Notes under the pieces: generated by a model
Told to the model about the DNA's origin: nothing
What the model saw: the letters and a program-made list of their open reading frames with translations, nothing else
The model's database searches: none
Position numbers and translations under genes: made by a program
In this document: one piece after another, positions 23,194 to 34,412 of the stretch
Layout of the letters: every line of letters begins with the position of its first letter
Position numbering within the stretch: the first letter of the stretch is position 1
NCBI GenBank assembly: GCA_963740315.1
Contig: CAVUDP010000001.1
Coordinates: 96,001-160,000 of the forward strand
Source: an uncultured cyanobacterium
GTDB taxonomy: Bacteria; Cyanobacteriota; Cyanobacteriia; Cyanobacteriales; Nostocaceae
Reading direction: 5' to 3'
DNA length: 64,000 bases

Positions 23194-23267
23194 TTGTAAC
23201 TGACAAAAAGTATATTTGGTAATTAATATCATCTCAATTATTTCAAAATCAAGGAAGGTATCTTTAT

Positions 23268-24188
23268 ATGCGAATTGCAGCTTGTATTACTACTAGAAAT
23301 CGTTCCGAGCAACTTGATGCTTGTTTAAAGGCTTTATGGAATTCTACTGTTAAACCACATTCGGTGGTTGTTTCTGATGACTCGCAAGATGTTGAAGTAC
23401 AGCAGAAAAATTTAGAAGTTGTTAAAACATACCCAGGAACAATTTATATTATCGGTCCGCGACGCGGTGTTTGCGCTAACCGTAATAACGCCGTCAATGC
23501 AACTTCGACCTTGGAAACGGATTTTGTTGCTTTTGTTGATGACGATATTTGTGTTGAACCAGATTTCATTGCTAATGCTGTAAATAGATATTCTCAAATG
23601 CCAGAAGAGCAAAGAAAATATTCTATTATTACAGGTGTTAGCACGGGTACCAAAGGAGAGAAGTTGCTACCATCAAAGCTAACTTTTCGAGGATACTTTT
23701 GTGCTACCGAAGATAATCCCGAAACAGTAGTAATTCATGCAGCATTATTTCCCAGGCAGTTTTTTTCTCAAGAACAGTGGGATGAAGATATCTATTTCGG
23801 TTATGAAGATGCAGAATTATGCTTGCGAGCGATTAAATACGGTTACAAAATTGTATCTTGTCCGGAGTTGCAAGTAAATGTTAAAAGCACCCAGAGCGTG
23901 CTTGACGCAGCCGGTATTGGTGGCATAAATAATTATGTATTACACATAGAAGCCGCTAGACTTTATGTAGGTATTAAACGCTATAAAAATATATTTCCAA
24001 ATTCTATTAAACTGTTAGCTTTTTTAGCTATATATTTTGTTCATATGAGCGGGTATTTATTTAAGCGAGGAGCAATCCAAGCTTGGCCCGAAATTATTAA
24101 ACGTTCTCGCATTCAACTGTTATGGCAGCAGGAAAATATCCCTCAACCAGAAACAGCTTCGATAGCTTCTTCGATGATTATTTCTTGA
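23268..24188 (+). CDS. Glycosyltransferase family 2
   Basis: ITTRNR, VSDDS, FVDDD, GYEDAE. Confidence 0.88.
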   Translation: MRIAACITTRNRSEQLDACLKALWNSTVKPHSVVVSDDSQDVEVQQKNLEVVKTYPGTIYIIGPRRGVCANRNNAVNATSTLETDFVAFVDDDICVEPDFIANAVNRYSQMPEEQRKYSIITGVSTGTKGEKLLPSKLTFRGYFCATEDNPETVVIHAALFPRQFFSQEQWDEDIYFGYEDAELCLRAIKYGYKIVSCPELQVNVKSTQSVLDAAGIGGINNYVLHIEAARLYVGIKRYKNIFPNSIKLLAFLAIYFVHMSGYLFKRGAIQAWPEIIKRSRIQLLWQQENIPQPETASIASSMIIS

Positions 24189-24224
24189 AATTCGTACTTT
24201 AATTTTATAGCAGGCTGATATATA

Positions 24225-25370
24225 GTGAAGCTTTGCATTGTTACTCACAGTTTAGTCAAAGGTGATGGTCAAGGAAGAGTGAATTACGAAGTTGCTTGCG
24301 AAGCAATCCGTCGCGGGCATCATGTAACTGTATTGGCAACTAAGGTTGCTCCAGAATTAGAAAAACACGATCGAATTAATTGGGTTCCTATTTCTGTAAA
24401 AGCGCCAACAGAATTAATCCGGAACATGATGTTTGCTTTCTTAAGTAATAATTGGCTGAAAAAGCATCGCAATGAAGTTGATTTAATCAAAGCAAATGGT
24501 GCGATTACCTGGGCTGACTCAGATGTAAATGCAGTACATTTCGTACATAATTCTTGGCTGAAGTTTTCTACCTTACAAGCTGCACCTTCTGCACAAAAAA
24601 TTAGCTTTAATCCACGTCTGTTTTTATATAATTTTTATCAGTGGCTGTATACGAAACTTAACGCACGTTGGGAAAAAGAAGCTTTCGACAACGCAAAAGT
24701 AGTAGTTGCAGTTTCCGATAAAGTCGCTAAAGATTTACGAGAAATCGGCGTACCTCAAGACACTATTCGGGTAATCGGTAACGGCGTAGATGTTGAGGAA
24801 TTTGCACCTGGTAACGGTGTTAGTCGTAAAACACTTCATTTACCTGAAAATGTTACCTTGGCAATGTTTGCTGGGGATATCAGATTACCCCGGAAAAATT
24901 TAGACACGGTGCTACAGGCTTTGGTGCAAGTTCCCGACTTACATTTAGCCGTGGTAGGCGTAACCGATGGTAGTCCCTATCCACAGTTAGCGGCATCTTT
25001 GGGACTTAGCGATCGCGTTCATTTTCTAGGATTTCGGCGCGATGTCCCCTCACTTATGAAAGTCGTGGATTTGTTCGTATTTCCTTCACGCTACGAACCT
25101 TTTGGTTTAGTAGTAACCGAAGCAATGGCGAGTGGGCTACCAGTAATTACCGCAAGCTGTACGGGTGCCGCTCCTTTGGTAACGAAAGAAGCGGGGATAG
25201 TTTTGTCAAACCCAGACGATACCGAGGCTTTAGCAGAAGCACTGCAAAAATTAAGCGTCAATGGGGATTTAAGAATAAAAATGGGTGAAGCTGCCAGAGA
25301 AATTGCCCTCCAACATACTTGGAAGAACATGGCAGAGCAATATATAAATTTATTTGAGGAGATGAATTAG
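24225..25370 (+). CDS. Glycosyltransferase family 4
   Basis: NGVD, RKNL, PSRYEPFGLVVTEAMASGLPV. Confidence 0.92.
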   Translation: MKLCIVTHSLVKGDGQGRVNYEVACEAIRRGHHVTVLATKVAPELEKHDRINWVPISVKAPTELIRNMMFAFLSNNWLKKHRNEVDLIKANGAITWADSDVNAVHFVHNSWLKFSTLQAAPSAQKISFNPRLFLYNFYQWLYTKLNARWEKEAFDNAKVVVAVSDKVAKDLREIGVPQDTIRVIGNGVDVEEFAPGNGVSRKTLHLPENVTLAMFAGDIRLPRKNLDTVLQALVQVPDLHLAVVGVTDGSPYPQLAASLGLSDRVHFLGFRRDVPSLMKVVDLFVFPSRYEPFGLVVTEAMASGLPVITASCTGAAPLVTKEAGIVLSNPDDTEALAEALQKLSVNGDLRIKMGEAAREIALQHTWKNMAEQYINLFEEMN

Positions 25371-25372
25371 TA

Positions 25373-26302
25373 ATGTCTATCGCGGTCATCGTACCAACTT
25401 ACCGCCGCAGCCAAGACTTGGCTCGCTGCTTAGAAGCGTTGCAAAATCAAACTCGATCGGCTGATGAGGTGATAGTGGTAGTCCGCGATACGGATACTCA
25501 AACTTGGTCATTTCTCGCAGCCTTTGACTCTAAATTAGCTTTACGCACCGCAACTGTGAGCATTACCGGAGTCGTTGCAGCCATGAATGCCGGACTTGAT
25601 GCAGCAACAGCCGATATAGTAGCCTTTACAGATGATGATGCTGCCGCTCATCCCGATTGGTTGGCGCGTATTGAAAGTTATTATCTTGCAAGCGATCGCG
25701 TCGGTGGAGTTGGCGGACGCGATTGGGTTTATCATGGTACCGACTTAGAAGACGGAAAGGAGCAAACAGTTGGTCAAGTTAGCTGGTTCGGTAAAGTAAT
25801 TGGCAACCATCATATAGGTACTGGCGAAGCGCGGGAAGTTGATGTCCTCAAAGGGGTAAACATGAGCTTTCGACGCGCAGCTATCCAAGGATGGCACTTT
25901 GACGAACGAATGCGAGGTACCGGCGCTCAAGTTCACTTTGAATTAGCTTTTTCTTTAAAATTAAAACGAGCTGGTTGGAAGTTAATTTACGATCCTCAAA
26001 TAGCAGTTAATCATTATCCAGCAAAACGATTTGACGAAGATCAACGTCACAGTTTTAATCAAATTGCCTTTGCCAATGCCGTACACAACGAAACTTTAGC
26101 TTTATTAGAATACTTCTCGCCATTTCAAAAATTAGCATTTTTATTTTGGTCTATTACAGTAGGAACCCGTGAAGCAATGGGTTTTATCCAGTGGTTGCGA
26201 TTTTTGCCTTCCCAAGGACTTTTAGCTGGTGAGAAATTATTAGCATCTTGGCGCGGGCGCTGGCAGGGTTTACAAACTTGGCAAGCAACTAGTAATCAGT
26301 AA
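25373..26302 (+). CDS. Glycosyltransferase family 2
   Basis: VIVPTYRR, FTDDD, GVNMSFRR. Confidence 0.9.
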   Translation: MSIAVIVPTYRRSQDLARCLEALQNQTRSADEVIVVVRDTDTQTWSFLAAFDSKLALRTATVSITGVVAAMNAGLDAATADIVAFTDDDAAAHPDWLARIESYYLASDRVGGVGGRDWVYHGTDLEDGKEQTVGQVSWFGKVIGNHHIGTGEAREVDVLKGVNMSFRRAAIQGWHFDERMRGTGAQVHFELAFSLKLKRAGWKLIYDPQIAVNHYPAKRFDEDQRHSFNQIAFANAVHNETLALLEYFSPFQKLAFLFWSITVGTREAMGFIQWLRFLPSQGLLAGEKLLASWRGRWQGLQTWQATSNQ

Positions 26303-26417
26303 TCAATTATCAATTATCAATGGGGATTGGGCATTGGGGATTGGGCATTGGGCATTGGTAACTCTTAATTCCTAATTCCTCACTCCTAACTCCTAACTTA
26401 TTTTCGGAGATGTAGCA

Positions 26418-27848
26418 GTGCATACACAGATACAAAACAATAAGACTCCTAAAAAAGGATTTTCTTTTGGTTTAGAACCGCCTTTGGGTTGGACGGCGAT
26501 ACTAGCATTCGTATTTTTTACAGTTGTATGTATTTTTGGAGGTGCTACAGGTATTCTCCGAAATGGTTATATAGCCCTTTCTTTTGCAGTCGGTCTTTTT
26601 CTGTATCTGCGATATCCTATCCTCTACATCGGTTTTACGTGGTGGCTGTGGTTTCTTACACCATTTGTGACTCGCTTAGTGGATTGGAAAAGCGGTTTTG
26701 ATGCCAGCCGCATTATGCTTGTATCGCAATACTTAGTAACTTCATTAACTTTACACACTTTTTTAATCTATCTTCCCAAGTCATTACGCCAAGGCGGTTT
26801 ACCTTTTGTAATGGCATTTCTAGGAGTTTTCTACGGTGCGCTGATCGGAATCATTAAAACTGAGCCGATGACTGCGGCTAGGGGACTTCTTGATTGGCTG
26901 CCCCCGATTATTTTTGCTTTCTTCTTATTTATCAAATGGCGGGAATATCCTCAATATCGCCAGGTATTGCAGCGTACCTTTGCCTGGGGTGTATTGGTAA
27001 TGGGTGCTTATGGTGTTTGGCAATTTATAGTGGCACCCCAATGGGATGTATATTGGCTTGTAGAAACCAAACTTAATAGTATGGGCAACCCGGAGCCTTT
27101 GGGATTGCGGGTGTGGAGTACAATGGCTTCTCCCGCACCTTTTGGGGGTGTAATGATGGCTGGTTTATTGCTGTTATTAACTCACACTCACTATTTAAAT
27201 ATTCCTGCTACCGCTGCGGGTTATTTGTCATTTTTGCTGACATCAGTACGTACTTTGTGGGGTGCTTGGATAATAGGATTAGTTACTTTATTTGGTTCCT
27301 TAAAAGCAGGCTCTCAAATGCGTTTGATTGTGGTTGTTTTGTTGATGATACTTTGTATTGTACCTTTGACAACAATTGAGCCATTTTCGGAAACAATTAC
27401 ACAACGCTTTGGAACTTTTACCGAATTAGAAAAAGACGATAGCGCTCAAGTTAGACAAAAAATTTACGAAGAAGGTTTGAATAAAGCTATTACCAACGGT
27501 TTAGGTAATGGAGTCGGAAACACATTTACTCTTAACGAACAAGGTATTTTAGAACCAATTGTAATTGACAGTGGATTTCTCGATACCTTTTTTACATTAG
27601 GTTGGTTTGGAGCAGTATTTTATTTAGGTGGAATGCTGCTATTAGTTTATCAAGTATTTCAATTTACCGAATGTAGTTTTGACTCTTTTATGGCTGCATC
27701 ACGGGGTATTGGTATCGCAATGATCTCGACTTTAGCCGGAAATAGCGGAATGTTAGGAGTTGCTGGTATGGTGCTGTGGGGATTTCTAGCTATGGCTTTA
27801 GCAGGACATAATTACCACGTACACGAGCAGAATAGGTTTAGGGGTTAG
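26418..27848 (+). CDS. O-antigen ligase / Wzy-like polytopic membrane protein
   Basis: ~11 hydrophobic helices, RVWSTM, GLGNG, DSG motif; last gene of the HEP island. Confidence 0.75.
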   Translation: MHTQIQNNKTPKKGFSFGLEPPLGWTAILAFVFFTVVCIFGGATGILRNGYIALSFAVGLFLYLRYPILYIGFTWWLWFLTPFVTRLVDWKSGFDASRIMLVSQYLVTSLTLHTFLIYLPKSLRQGGLPFVMAFLGVFYGALIGIIKTEPMTAARGLLDWLPPIIFAFFLFIKWREYPQYRQVLQRTFAWGVLVMGAYGVWQFIVAPQWDVYWLVETKLNSMGNPEPLGLRVWSTMASPAPFGGVMMAGLLLLLTHTHYLNIPATAAGYLSFLLTSVRTLWGAWIIGLVTLFGSLKAGSQMRLIVVVLLMILCIVPLTTIEPFSETITQRFGTFTELEKDDSAQVRQKIYEEGLNKAITNGLGNGVGNTFTLNEQGILEPIVIDSGFLDTFFTLGWFGAVFYLGGMLLLVYQVFQFTECSFDSFMAASRGIGIAMISTLAGNSGMLGVAGMVLWGFLAMALAGHNYHVHEQNRFRG

Positions 27849-27857
27849 TGGTTAGTT

Positions 27858-27922
27858 GTAGGTTGGGTTAAAGGCGCACGAATCATTTATGTGTGAAGAG
27901 TACAAATGCGCCGTAACCCAAC
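27858..27922. repeat. GTAG-family REP-like element
   Basis: GTAGGTTGGGTTA...GGCGCA..TGCGCC GTAACCCAAC inverted arms. Confidence 0.7.
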
Positions 27923-28189
27923 ATTAAATCGGTTGATTTTCATCTCTATTATCTAATATACATTTAGCTACAATGATTCGATTATATTCATATCCGCCAG
28001 GAAATTAAATTCCCCGTTATATATGTATTATTCGATATATCAATTAGAAATTGCAGTATCCTAGTTACGATCCTATAATTTCATTAATAAATGCGCGATC
28101 GCTGTAAATATTATTAGTTTTCTATTAATAAAATTTGCAAATCTTATTCTTTTATTCTTAACTCCTAACTCCTAACTCCTAACTCCTCA

Positions 28190-29122
28190 TCATCCAATCA
28201 ATTTCTGCCAAGTTAGATTTCCCACAATTCCATCCGCATACAAACCGTTTGCTATTTGAAATTGCTGAATTGCAACTTCTGTTAAAGCGCCATATATACC
28301 GTCGGTTTCGGCACCTACACGGTGTTGTAAATATTTCATCACTATACCAGTCGCATGGTTTTTTCTAATTACTGGTTTTGCTAAAATTTGATTAATCGCA
28401 CCCCATGTAGTATCGCTGGCGATTCCTGTTTGTTGAATATCAACAATTTTCTGAAATTGCTTGATTGCACTCACAGTTGCTGAACCAATTATATTATCTT
28501 CATCTATACCGTTATCTGTGATTTTGAGACGATTTAAAGCTTTTTGCAATCTCACTAAAGATACATCAGGATTGAATGATTCATCCGGTACCGAGATAAC
28601 TTTAGCTGAAGGTAATTTACCCGTCAAACCCTTAACGATCGCATTTGCCATTGCTTCAGAATTAAACAATTGCATATCTTTTGCTGAATCAACAAAGCAA
28701 CATTCTATTAAAATTGCAGGCATATTTGTATTTTTCAAAACAAATAAATGGGAGCCATTCTTAACACCGCGATTAAAGAATCCCATTTGAATAATTTCAT
28801 CTAATACTGATTTAGAAATTTTTTTATCCGTATCGCCAATCGCAAATATTTCTGTACCGTTGGCAAAGCCGTTAAAAGCATTAAAATGTATGGAAACAAA
28901 AATATCAACTTTACTTCCATTTGCTGCTTCACATCTTTGTCGTAGGGAATCACCAACACTATCAGATTTTGCTGGTTTACAATTTATAACTTGATGCCCT
29001 AAATCTTTTAGTTTACCTATAACTCTATTTCCGACATCCAAAGTTAAATTGTCTTCAAACTTAATATCTTTTGCTCCACTGTCGGGAGGGCAATTATGTG
29101 CAATATCAATTCCAAATCTCAT
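28190..29122 (-). CDS. N-acetylmuramoyl-L-alanine amidase (Amidase_3) with peptidoglycan-binding domains
   Basis: IDIAH, E, FVSIHFNA, AILIECCF; DGIYG/DGIVG PG-binding repeats. Confidence 0.9.
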   Translation of the reverse strand: MRFGIDIAHNCPPDSGAKDIKFEDNLTLDVGNRVIGKLKDLGHQVINCKPAKSDSVGDSLRQRCEAANGSKVDIFVSIHFNAFNGFANGTEIFAIGDTDKKISKSVLDEIIQMGFFNRGVKNGSHLFVLKNTNMPAILIECCFVDSAKDMQLFNSEAMANAIVKGLTGKLPSAKVISVPDESFNPDVSLVRLQKALNRLKITDNGIDEDNIIGSATVSAIKQFQKIVDIQQTGIASDTTWGAINQILAKPVIRKNHATGIVMKYLQHRVGAETDGIYGALTEVAIQQFQIANGLYADGIVGNLTWQKLIG

Positions 29123-29624
29123 ATAGTTACCTTAAATATTAAACATTACTTTTAAAGCACTGAATATAGTAATTGTCAAGATAATTGCATCACATCTAGA
29201 CAATTGTATTTAAGGTTTTATAGCTTTGAATTAATACTTAATATTTCTGCTTCATACAATAATTAGAAAATAATATTACAGATTCAATCTCGGCGGAAAG
29301 AACGAAACCCTATTTATCAAAAATCCGCAGGCTGAATTCTAAAAACCTACACTATCCCGACTCATTTGTATGTTTTTAAATATATGGAAAATTCTTTTAC
29401 TGCGGTATTTGAGAAAGTGGACGATGTTTCCTTAATTTAACAATCAAATATTCAATGCTGGTTAAAACTAGCTTCTACCCATACCAGCAGATTCCGCCCT
29501 AAGTGCCTTCTTCGTTTTATCTTCCTTACAGACAGCAAACAATTCCATCAGAGGTAGAGGTTGGGTATTTCAAGCTAACCTTCATCATTTATCGATCGCG
29601 CGAATTGTGTCGATTCATACGCTT

Positions 29625-30095
29625 TTAACTAAGTCTAAGCGTACATTCCAAAATCAATTTTTGATTTATCAAGGAATAAGGCTGAATTCTTAAAGCATGT
29701 TGAAAAGAATTTATCGCTCTGGCGTACTCTCCTAAAGCTGCATAACACAAGCCCATACCGTGATATGCGCCAAAATGTAGCGGATTGAGTTCTATAGCGA
29801 CTTGAGTGTCAGCTAAAGACTTTTCGTACTCGCCATTAGTGTAGTAAAGAAAAGCACGGCGATTCCAAGCTTCAGCAAAATCAGGTTGATCTTCAATTAA
29901 CTGCGTCAGCATTTCTTCGGCTTCAGTAAGTTTACCTGCATCGAGTAATTTCTGACTAGTTTCTATTTTTTCTAACCCATAAACTCCCTTTTGCTGAAAC
30001 CATAAACGCCATAGTTTGCGAGTTGCTTCTTCGCGCACTACCTCATCCGGGTTTTTCAAATCTTCAAGTAATGAGTTGATAAATAAAGAATCCAT
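29625..30095 (-). CDS. TPR protein
   Basis: PDFAEAWNRRA, NPLHFGAYHGMG. Confidence 0.85.
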   Translation of the reverse strand: MDSLFINSLLEDLKNPDEVVREEATRKLWRLWFQQKGVYGLEKIETSQKLLDAGKLTEAEEMLTQLIEDQPDFAEAWNRRAFLYYTNGEYEKSLADTQVAIELNPLHFGAYHGMGLCYAALGEYARAINSFQHALRIQPYSLINQKLILECTLRLS

Positions 30096-30389
30096 AAAAT
30101 TTATTTTGTGAGTATCCGAGTATCTATGTAATTTTAATCTCGCACAAATTTACTAAAAAATACAGTAATTTACTGACTTTTAATGTTTTACTTTAAATTA
30201 CAACCAGACAAATCTTTATAGTTTTTATGTAACTTACAGCACTCTTTTTTATACCGAGTTAAAATTAACCATCATTAAGCTAAAAATTCATATTAACCTT
30301 ACATTATCTATACCAGAAATAGACCATTGACAGTTGACAAGTTAATGTTTATTGATAGTTGATAAAAACATAACAAAAAAATCATCACT

Positions 30390-31649
30390 ATGTCTTCTTC
30401 AAACGGTATTTCAAAGCATATTGTACTTACTTCACATCCCAGCCAATTTGGTCCTAAACCCATTCCTATCTGCTGGGGAGCCAAAAATGCGATGGAAAGA
30501 GGTCCGGCGATCGCCACTTTAACTAAACAAGCGCATCGCAATGTCATCGGAACTCATTCGGGAAATTACTCTATATATCGGGCTTTGGCTGTAGCTAGCG
30601 GCGCTTTACAATCGGATCATCGAGCGGATTTAACTAATACCTCTCCCACCGAACATATTGGTCCTCACCCTAGCTGGTTCGATGCTGACAAAATTGTTTC
30701 TCTCGATCCCTTTGGCGCAATTGTAGGTTCCGTATTCGCGCCATATTACGAAAAAGGATACGATATCCGTCCGACGATCGCCATCACCAAGGCTCATATT
30801 AATATGCCGGAATTGCACGAGGCAATTAACAAAGGGCGGTTGCAAGTTGATGGCAAGATTATGAAGTCGGGTGGCGATTTGGTTGTAACTAAAGCCGCGA
30901 TCGAACCAGTTTGGTATTTACCCGGCATTGCCAAACGCTTTAACATCAGCGAAGGAGATTTACGCCGCGCTTTATTTGAACAAACCGGAGGAATGTTTCC
31001 AGAATTGGTGACGCGCTCGGATTTAGAAGTGTTTTTACCACCCATCGGCGGTTTAACAGTATATATCATTGGCGATGTTGCAGATATTACCAATCCCGAT
31101 AAACCCGTAGCCGTGCGCGTACATGATGAATGTAACGGTTCTGATGTATTTGGCTCGGATATTTGTACCTGTCGTCCTTATTTAGTCCACGGTATTGAAG
31201 TCTGCGTAAAAACCGCGCAAGAAGGCGGAGTGGGTGTAATTATTTACCATCGAAAAGAAGGACGTGCTTTAGGAGAAGTAACGAAGTTTTTGGTGTACAA
31301 CGCCCGCAAACGTCAAAAAGGTGGAGATACGGCTGACGCTTATTTTAATCGTACCGAATGCGTCGCTGGCGTTGAAGATATGCGTTTTCAAGAATTAATG
31401 CCCGATGCATTGCATTGGTTGGGTATCACTCGCATCGATCGCATGGTATCAATGAGTAATATGAAATTCAACGCCATCATTAAATCCGGGATTGAAATAG
31501 TTGAAAGAATAGCAATTCCTGAAGACTTAATTCCCGATGATGCGCGGGTAGAAATTGAAGCCAAGAAAGCTGCTGGTTACTATAGCGAAACGGAAGTGCT
31601 TGATACGGATGATTTATCCTTCGTGAAAGGGCGTGCTTTGGAACAGTAA
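30390..31649 (+). CDS. GTP cyclohydrolase II-like protein of Urg1/URC1 type
   Basis: N-terminal RNVIGTHSG extension; RVHDECNGSDVFGSDICTC; KEGRALG. Confidence 0.88.
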   Translation: MSSSNGISKHIVLTSHPSQFGPKPIPICWGAKNAMERGPAIATLTKQAHRNVIGTHSGNYSIYRALAVASGALQSDHRADLTNTSPTEHIGPHPSWFDADKIVSLDPFGAIVGSVFAPYYEKGYDIRPTIAITKAHINMPELHEAINKGRLQVDGKIMKSGGDLVVTKAAIEPVWYLPGIAKRFNISEGDLRRALFEQTGGMFPELVTRSDLEVFLPPIGGLTVYIIGDVADITNPDKPVAVRVHDECNGSDVFGSDICTCRPYLVHGIEVCVKTAQEGGVGVIIYHRKEGRALGEVTKFLVYNARKRQKGGDTADAYFNRTECVAGVEDMRFQELMPDALHWLGITRIDRMVSMSNMKFNAIIKSGIEIVERIAIPEDLIPDDARVEIEAKKAAGYYSETEVLDTDDLSFVKGRALEQ

Positions 31650-31801
31650 GCAGTTAACAGTTAGCCTTATAACCGGGTTTCTAAATTTTAAGCATTTCTC
31701 AGAAACCCGGTTTTTATGTCTGGATGAAATAATTTTATTAGTTATTACTTAATTCTTAGAAGATGTTTTCCAAGTATCTTTTTTAACGTAATTCTCGGAT
31801 T

Positions 31802-31869
31802 ATCCCCCCTTCCCCCCTTATGAAAGGGGGGTTAAAGTCCCCCTTTTTTAAGGGGGATTTAGGGGGATC
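31802..31869. repeat. Cyanobacterial dispersed double-hairpin repeat (AAGTCCCCCTTTTTAAGGGGGATTTAGGGGGATC type)
   Basis: Two C-run/G-run hairpins; a related copy at ~62090-62118. Confidence 0.7.
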
Positions 31870-32036
31870 TTAAAAGTTTCGAGTTATATTAGTAGCTTTC
31901 CCGCGCATTGTCTTACTTCGTCTTCATGTTTTTACTTCTAAATCTGAGGTATAAAATTTAAAAACATATAAGTATTCAATAAATAATCAAATAGTTTTGA
32001 TACTTTTTTAAGGGTGTATCGTCAAGGAATTAATTA

Positions 32037-33260
32037 ATGGAAGAATCAACGCTGGGGAAGATCGATTATTTGCGATCGCCAATTGCAATTCGCGAACGTT
32101 GCGGACAGTTGTACGATTATGCGATCGGAGGTAAATCGGAGTATTTCGCTTGCGATTTAACGCGGTTGGGAGAAGTTGCGGATTATGTAATCGATGTCAT
32201 GCGTGGCGAATACCCGGATTTACAAATTCCTTTTCACAGTCGCTGGCAACATTTTCAAGCTGGAGAAATACCGCGTTTAACTTGGTTGAATCAAAAGTTA
32301 GCCCGATTAACTGATGTAGAAACCGCGATCGCAAAATACGATCTAGCAATTATCAGCGTTTTATTGGATGCGGGTGCTGGTAAAAGTTGGCAATATACCG
32401 AACCTGAAACGCAATTAATTTTCGCACGTTCTGAAGGATTGGCTGTTGCTAGTTACCAGATGTTTTGTCAGGGAATTTTTTCCAGTGACTCTAACAATCC
32501 TTTACAAGTTGATGCTGATAAATTGCAAAGCTTAACAGCAGAAGAACTTGCTGCGGGGTTTCAAGTGACTCCGGATAATCCCTTAGTAGGATTGAGCGGT
32601 AGGTTAAAACTTTTGCAAAAGTTAGGACAAGTTTTACTTACATTACCCGACATATTTGGTAAAGAAAATCCTCGTCCCGGCAATTTGATAAATTACCTTT
32701 TAGATAAAGTTGATAACAATCAAATAAGCGCCGCAACTGTATTTAATGCAGTTTTACAAGGATTTAGCGACATTTGGACGGGACGTATAGAAGTAGATGG
32801 GGTTAACTTAGGGGATGTGTGGTTTCACAGCGCGGTTGCAGATGATGGTTTAATACCCTTTCATAAACTTTCGCAATGGCTGACTTACTCACTGTTAGAA
32901 CCGCTACAAGAATTAGGATTAGAAGTTACGAACTTGGATGCTCTTACCGGATTAGCAGAATATCGTAATGGTGGTTTGTGTCTCGATTTAGGACTTATTA
33001 ACGTCAAAAATTCAGATATTTTATCTCATTCTTATCCAGTAGCATCAGAAATTATAGTAGAATGGCGTGCTTTAACCGTAATTTTGTTAGATTTGATTGC
33101 CGCTAAAGTACGAGAAAAACTTAATATGAACGCTTCAGAGTTGCCCCTAGTGAAAATTTTACAAGGAGGAACTTGGACGGCAGGAAGAAAAATCGCCGCA
33201 GAATTAAGAAAAGATGGTGTCCCCCCTCTACAGATAGAAAGCGATGGCACGGTATTCTGA
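32037..33260 (+). CDS. URC4/Urg3 family protein (DUF1688)
   Basis: IPFHSRWQHF, LLDAGAG, FHKLSQWLTYSL, EYRNGG, GGTWTAGR, SDGTVF. Confidence 0.88.
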   Translation: MEESTLGKIDYLRSPIAIRERCGQLYDYAIGGKSEYFACDLTRLGEVADYVIDVMRGEYPDLQIPFHSRWQHFQAGEIPRLTWLNQKLARLTDVETAIAKYDLAIISVLLDAGAGKSWQYTEPETQLIFARSEGLAVASYQMFCQGIFSSDSNNPLQVDADKLQSLTAEELAAGFQVTPDNPLVGLSGRLKLLQKLGQVLLTLPDIFGKENPRPGNLINYLLDKVDNNQISAATVFNAVLQGFSDIWTGRIEVDGVNLGDVWFHSAVADDGLIPFHKLSQWLTYSLLEPLQELGLEVTNLDALTGLAEYRNGGLCLDLGLINVKNSDILSHSYPVASEIIVEWRALTVILLDLIAAKVREKLNMNASELPLVKILQGGTWTAGRKIAAELRKDGVPPLQIESDGTVF

Positions 33261-33369
33261 TTATCAATTATCAAAAAAATTAAGCACAGGTCTGCATGTC
33301 AAAGGTTAAAGGTCAAAGGTATTAAATTCCCTCGCAAAAAATGAAACCAGCACCTGCAATCTTCAAAAT

Positions 33370-33484
33370 CTGCAACTGCTTCCCAGACTCCGGCTGCAAC
33401 TGGTTCTCAGACTCCGGCTGGGAACCCATTATCAGGAGGCAGAGCCTCCCTAAAATTCATTACAAGGTAGAACCTTGTAACGAG
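33370..33484. repeat. Palindromic dispersed repeat with a 24-bp tandem duplication at its start
   Basis: ctgcaactg(c/g)ttc(c/t)cagactccgg x2, then ggaggcagagcctcc and ttacaaggtagaaccttgtaa hairpins. Confidence 0.65.
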
Positions 33485-33541
33485 GGTACGAGAGCTTGTT
33501 AAAAAATATTAATTCAAAATCCACTCTTAAAAATTCATTTT

Positions 33542-34174
33542 ATGCAGCAAGTAACGCTAATTAAACATCCATTAATTCAACACAAATTAACCCTTATACG
33601 TAAAGTAGAAACTAGCACGGCAAAATTTCGCGCTCTCCTCAAAGAAGTAAGTTTATTATTAGCTTATGAAGTAACGCGAGATTTGCCTTTAAAATCGGAA
33701 TTAATTCAAACACCGATGGCGCAAATGAACGCTCCGGTACTCGCATCAGAAAAAAAATTAGTAATTATTTCCATCCAACGAGCCGGACAAGGTATTTTAG
33801 ATGGAATGCTCGAATTAATGCCAACTTCACGAGTCGGACATATTGGACTTTATCGCGACCCAAAAACCCTAATTCCGATAGAATATTATTTCAGAGTTCC
33901 CGATGATATAGAAAAGCGAGATGTGTTAGTAGTCGATCCAATGTTAGCAACTGGTAATACAGCAGTAGCAGCAGTAGAACGCTTGAAATCAACTAACCCT
34001 CAGTCGATCAAATTTGTTTGTTTGCTCGCCGCACCAGAAGGGATCGAATACTTTTGTGAATCTCATCCAGACGTACAAATTTTTACCGCAGCCATTGATG
34101 AAAAGCTTGATGAAAATGGTTATATAATCCCCGGCTTAGGCGATGCAGGCGATCGAATGTTTGGTACGAAATAA
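33542..34174 (+). CDS. upp: Uracil phosphoribosyltransferase
   Basis: [32 protein letters not shown]. Confidence 0.96.
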   Translation: MQQVTLIKHPLIQHKLTLIRKVETSTAKFRALLKEVSLLLAYEVTRDLPLKSELIQTPMAQMNAPVLASEKKLVIISIQRAGQGILDGMLELMPTSRVGHIGLYRDPKTLIPIEYYFRVPDDIEKRDVLVVDPMLATGNTAVAAVERLKSTNPQSIKFVCLLAAPEGIEYFCESHPDVQIFTAAIDEKLDENGYIIPGLGDAGDRMFGTK

Positions 34175-34186
34175 AATCAAATTATT

Positions 34187-34257
34187 GTAGGGTGTGTTAT
34201 GGCGCGATCGATAATTTCAACTGTGACAAAATAATTGTATTTCACGGCTAACGCACC
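34187..34257. repeat. GTAG-family REP-like element
   Basis: GTAGGGTGTGTTA...TAACGCACC. Confidence 0.6.
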
Positions 34258-34386
34258 ATTTTAATAAATATCGGTTTGGATGAAAAATTTAATTGTTTTA
34301 AAAATTCGTAAGCTGATTCTATATTTTCAAAATTTATAACTGCTAATTCTATTTCACCAAATTATTGATACAAATCAAAATACCTG

Positions 34387-34412
34387 GAGACGTAGCAGTG
34401 CTACGTCTCTAC
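34387..34412 (-). repeat. REP palindrome GTAGAGACGTAGCACTGCTACGTCTC overlapping the trmB stop
   Basis: Perfect 10-bp arms preceded by GTAG on the minus strand. Confidence 0.75.

Noticed and set aside
29440..29590. Short minus-strand ORFs or an RNA downstream of the TPR gene
   Set aside because: Only 20-26 codons with no recognisable homology or convincing structure.
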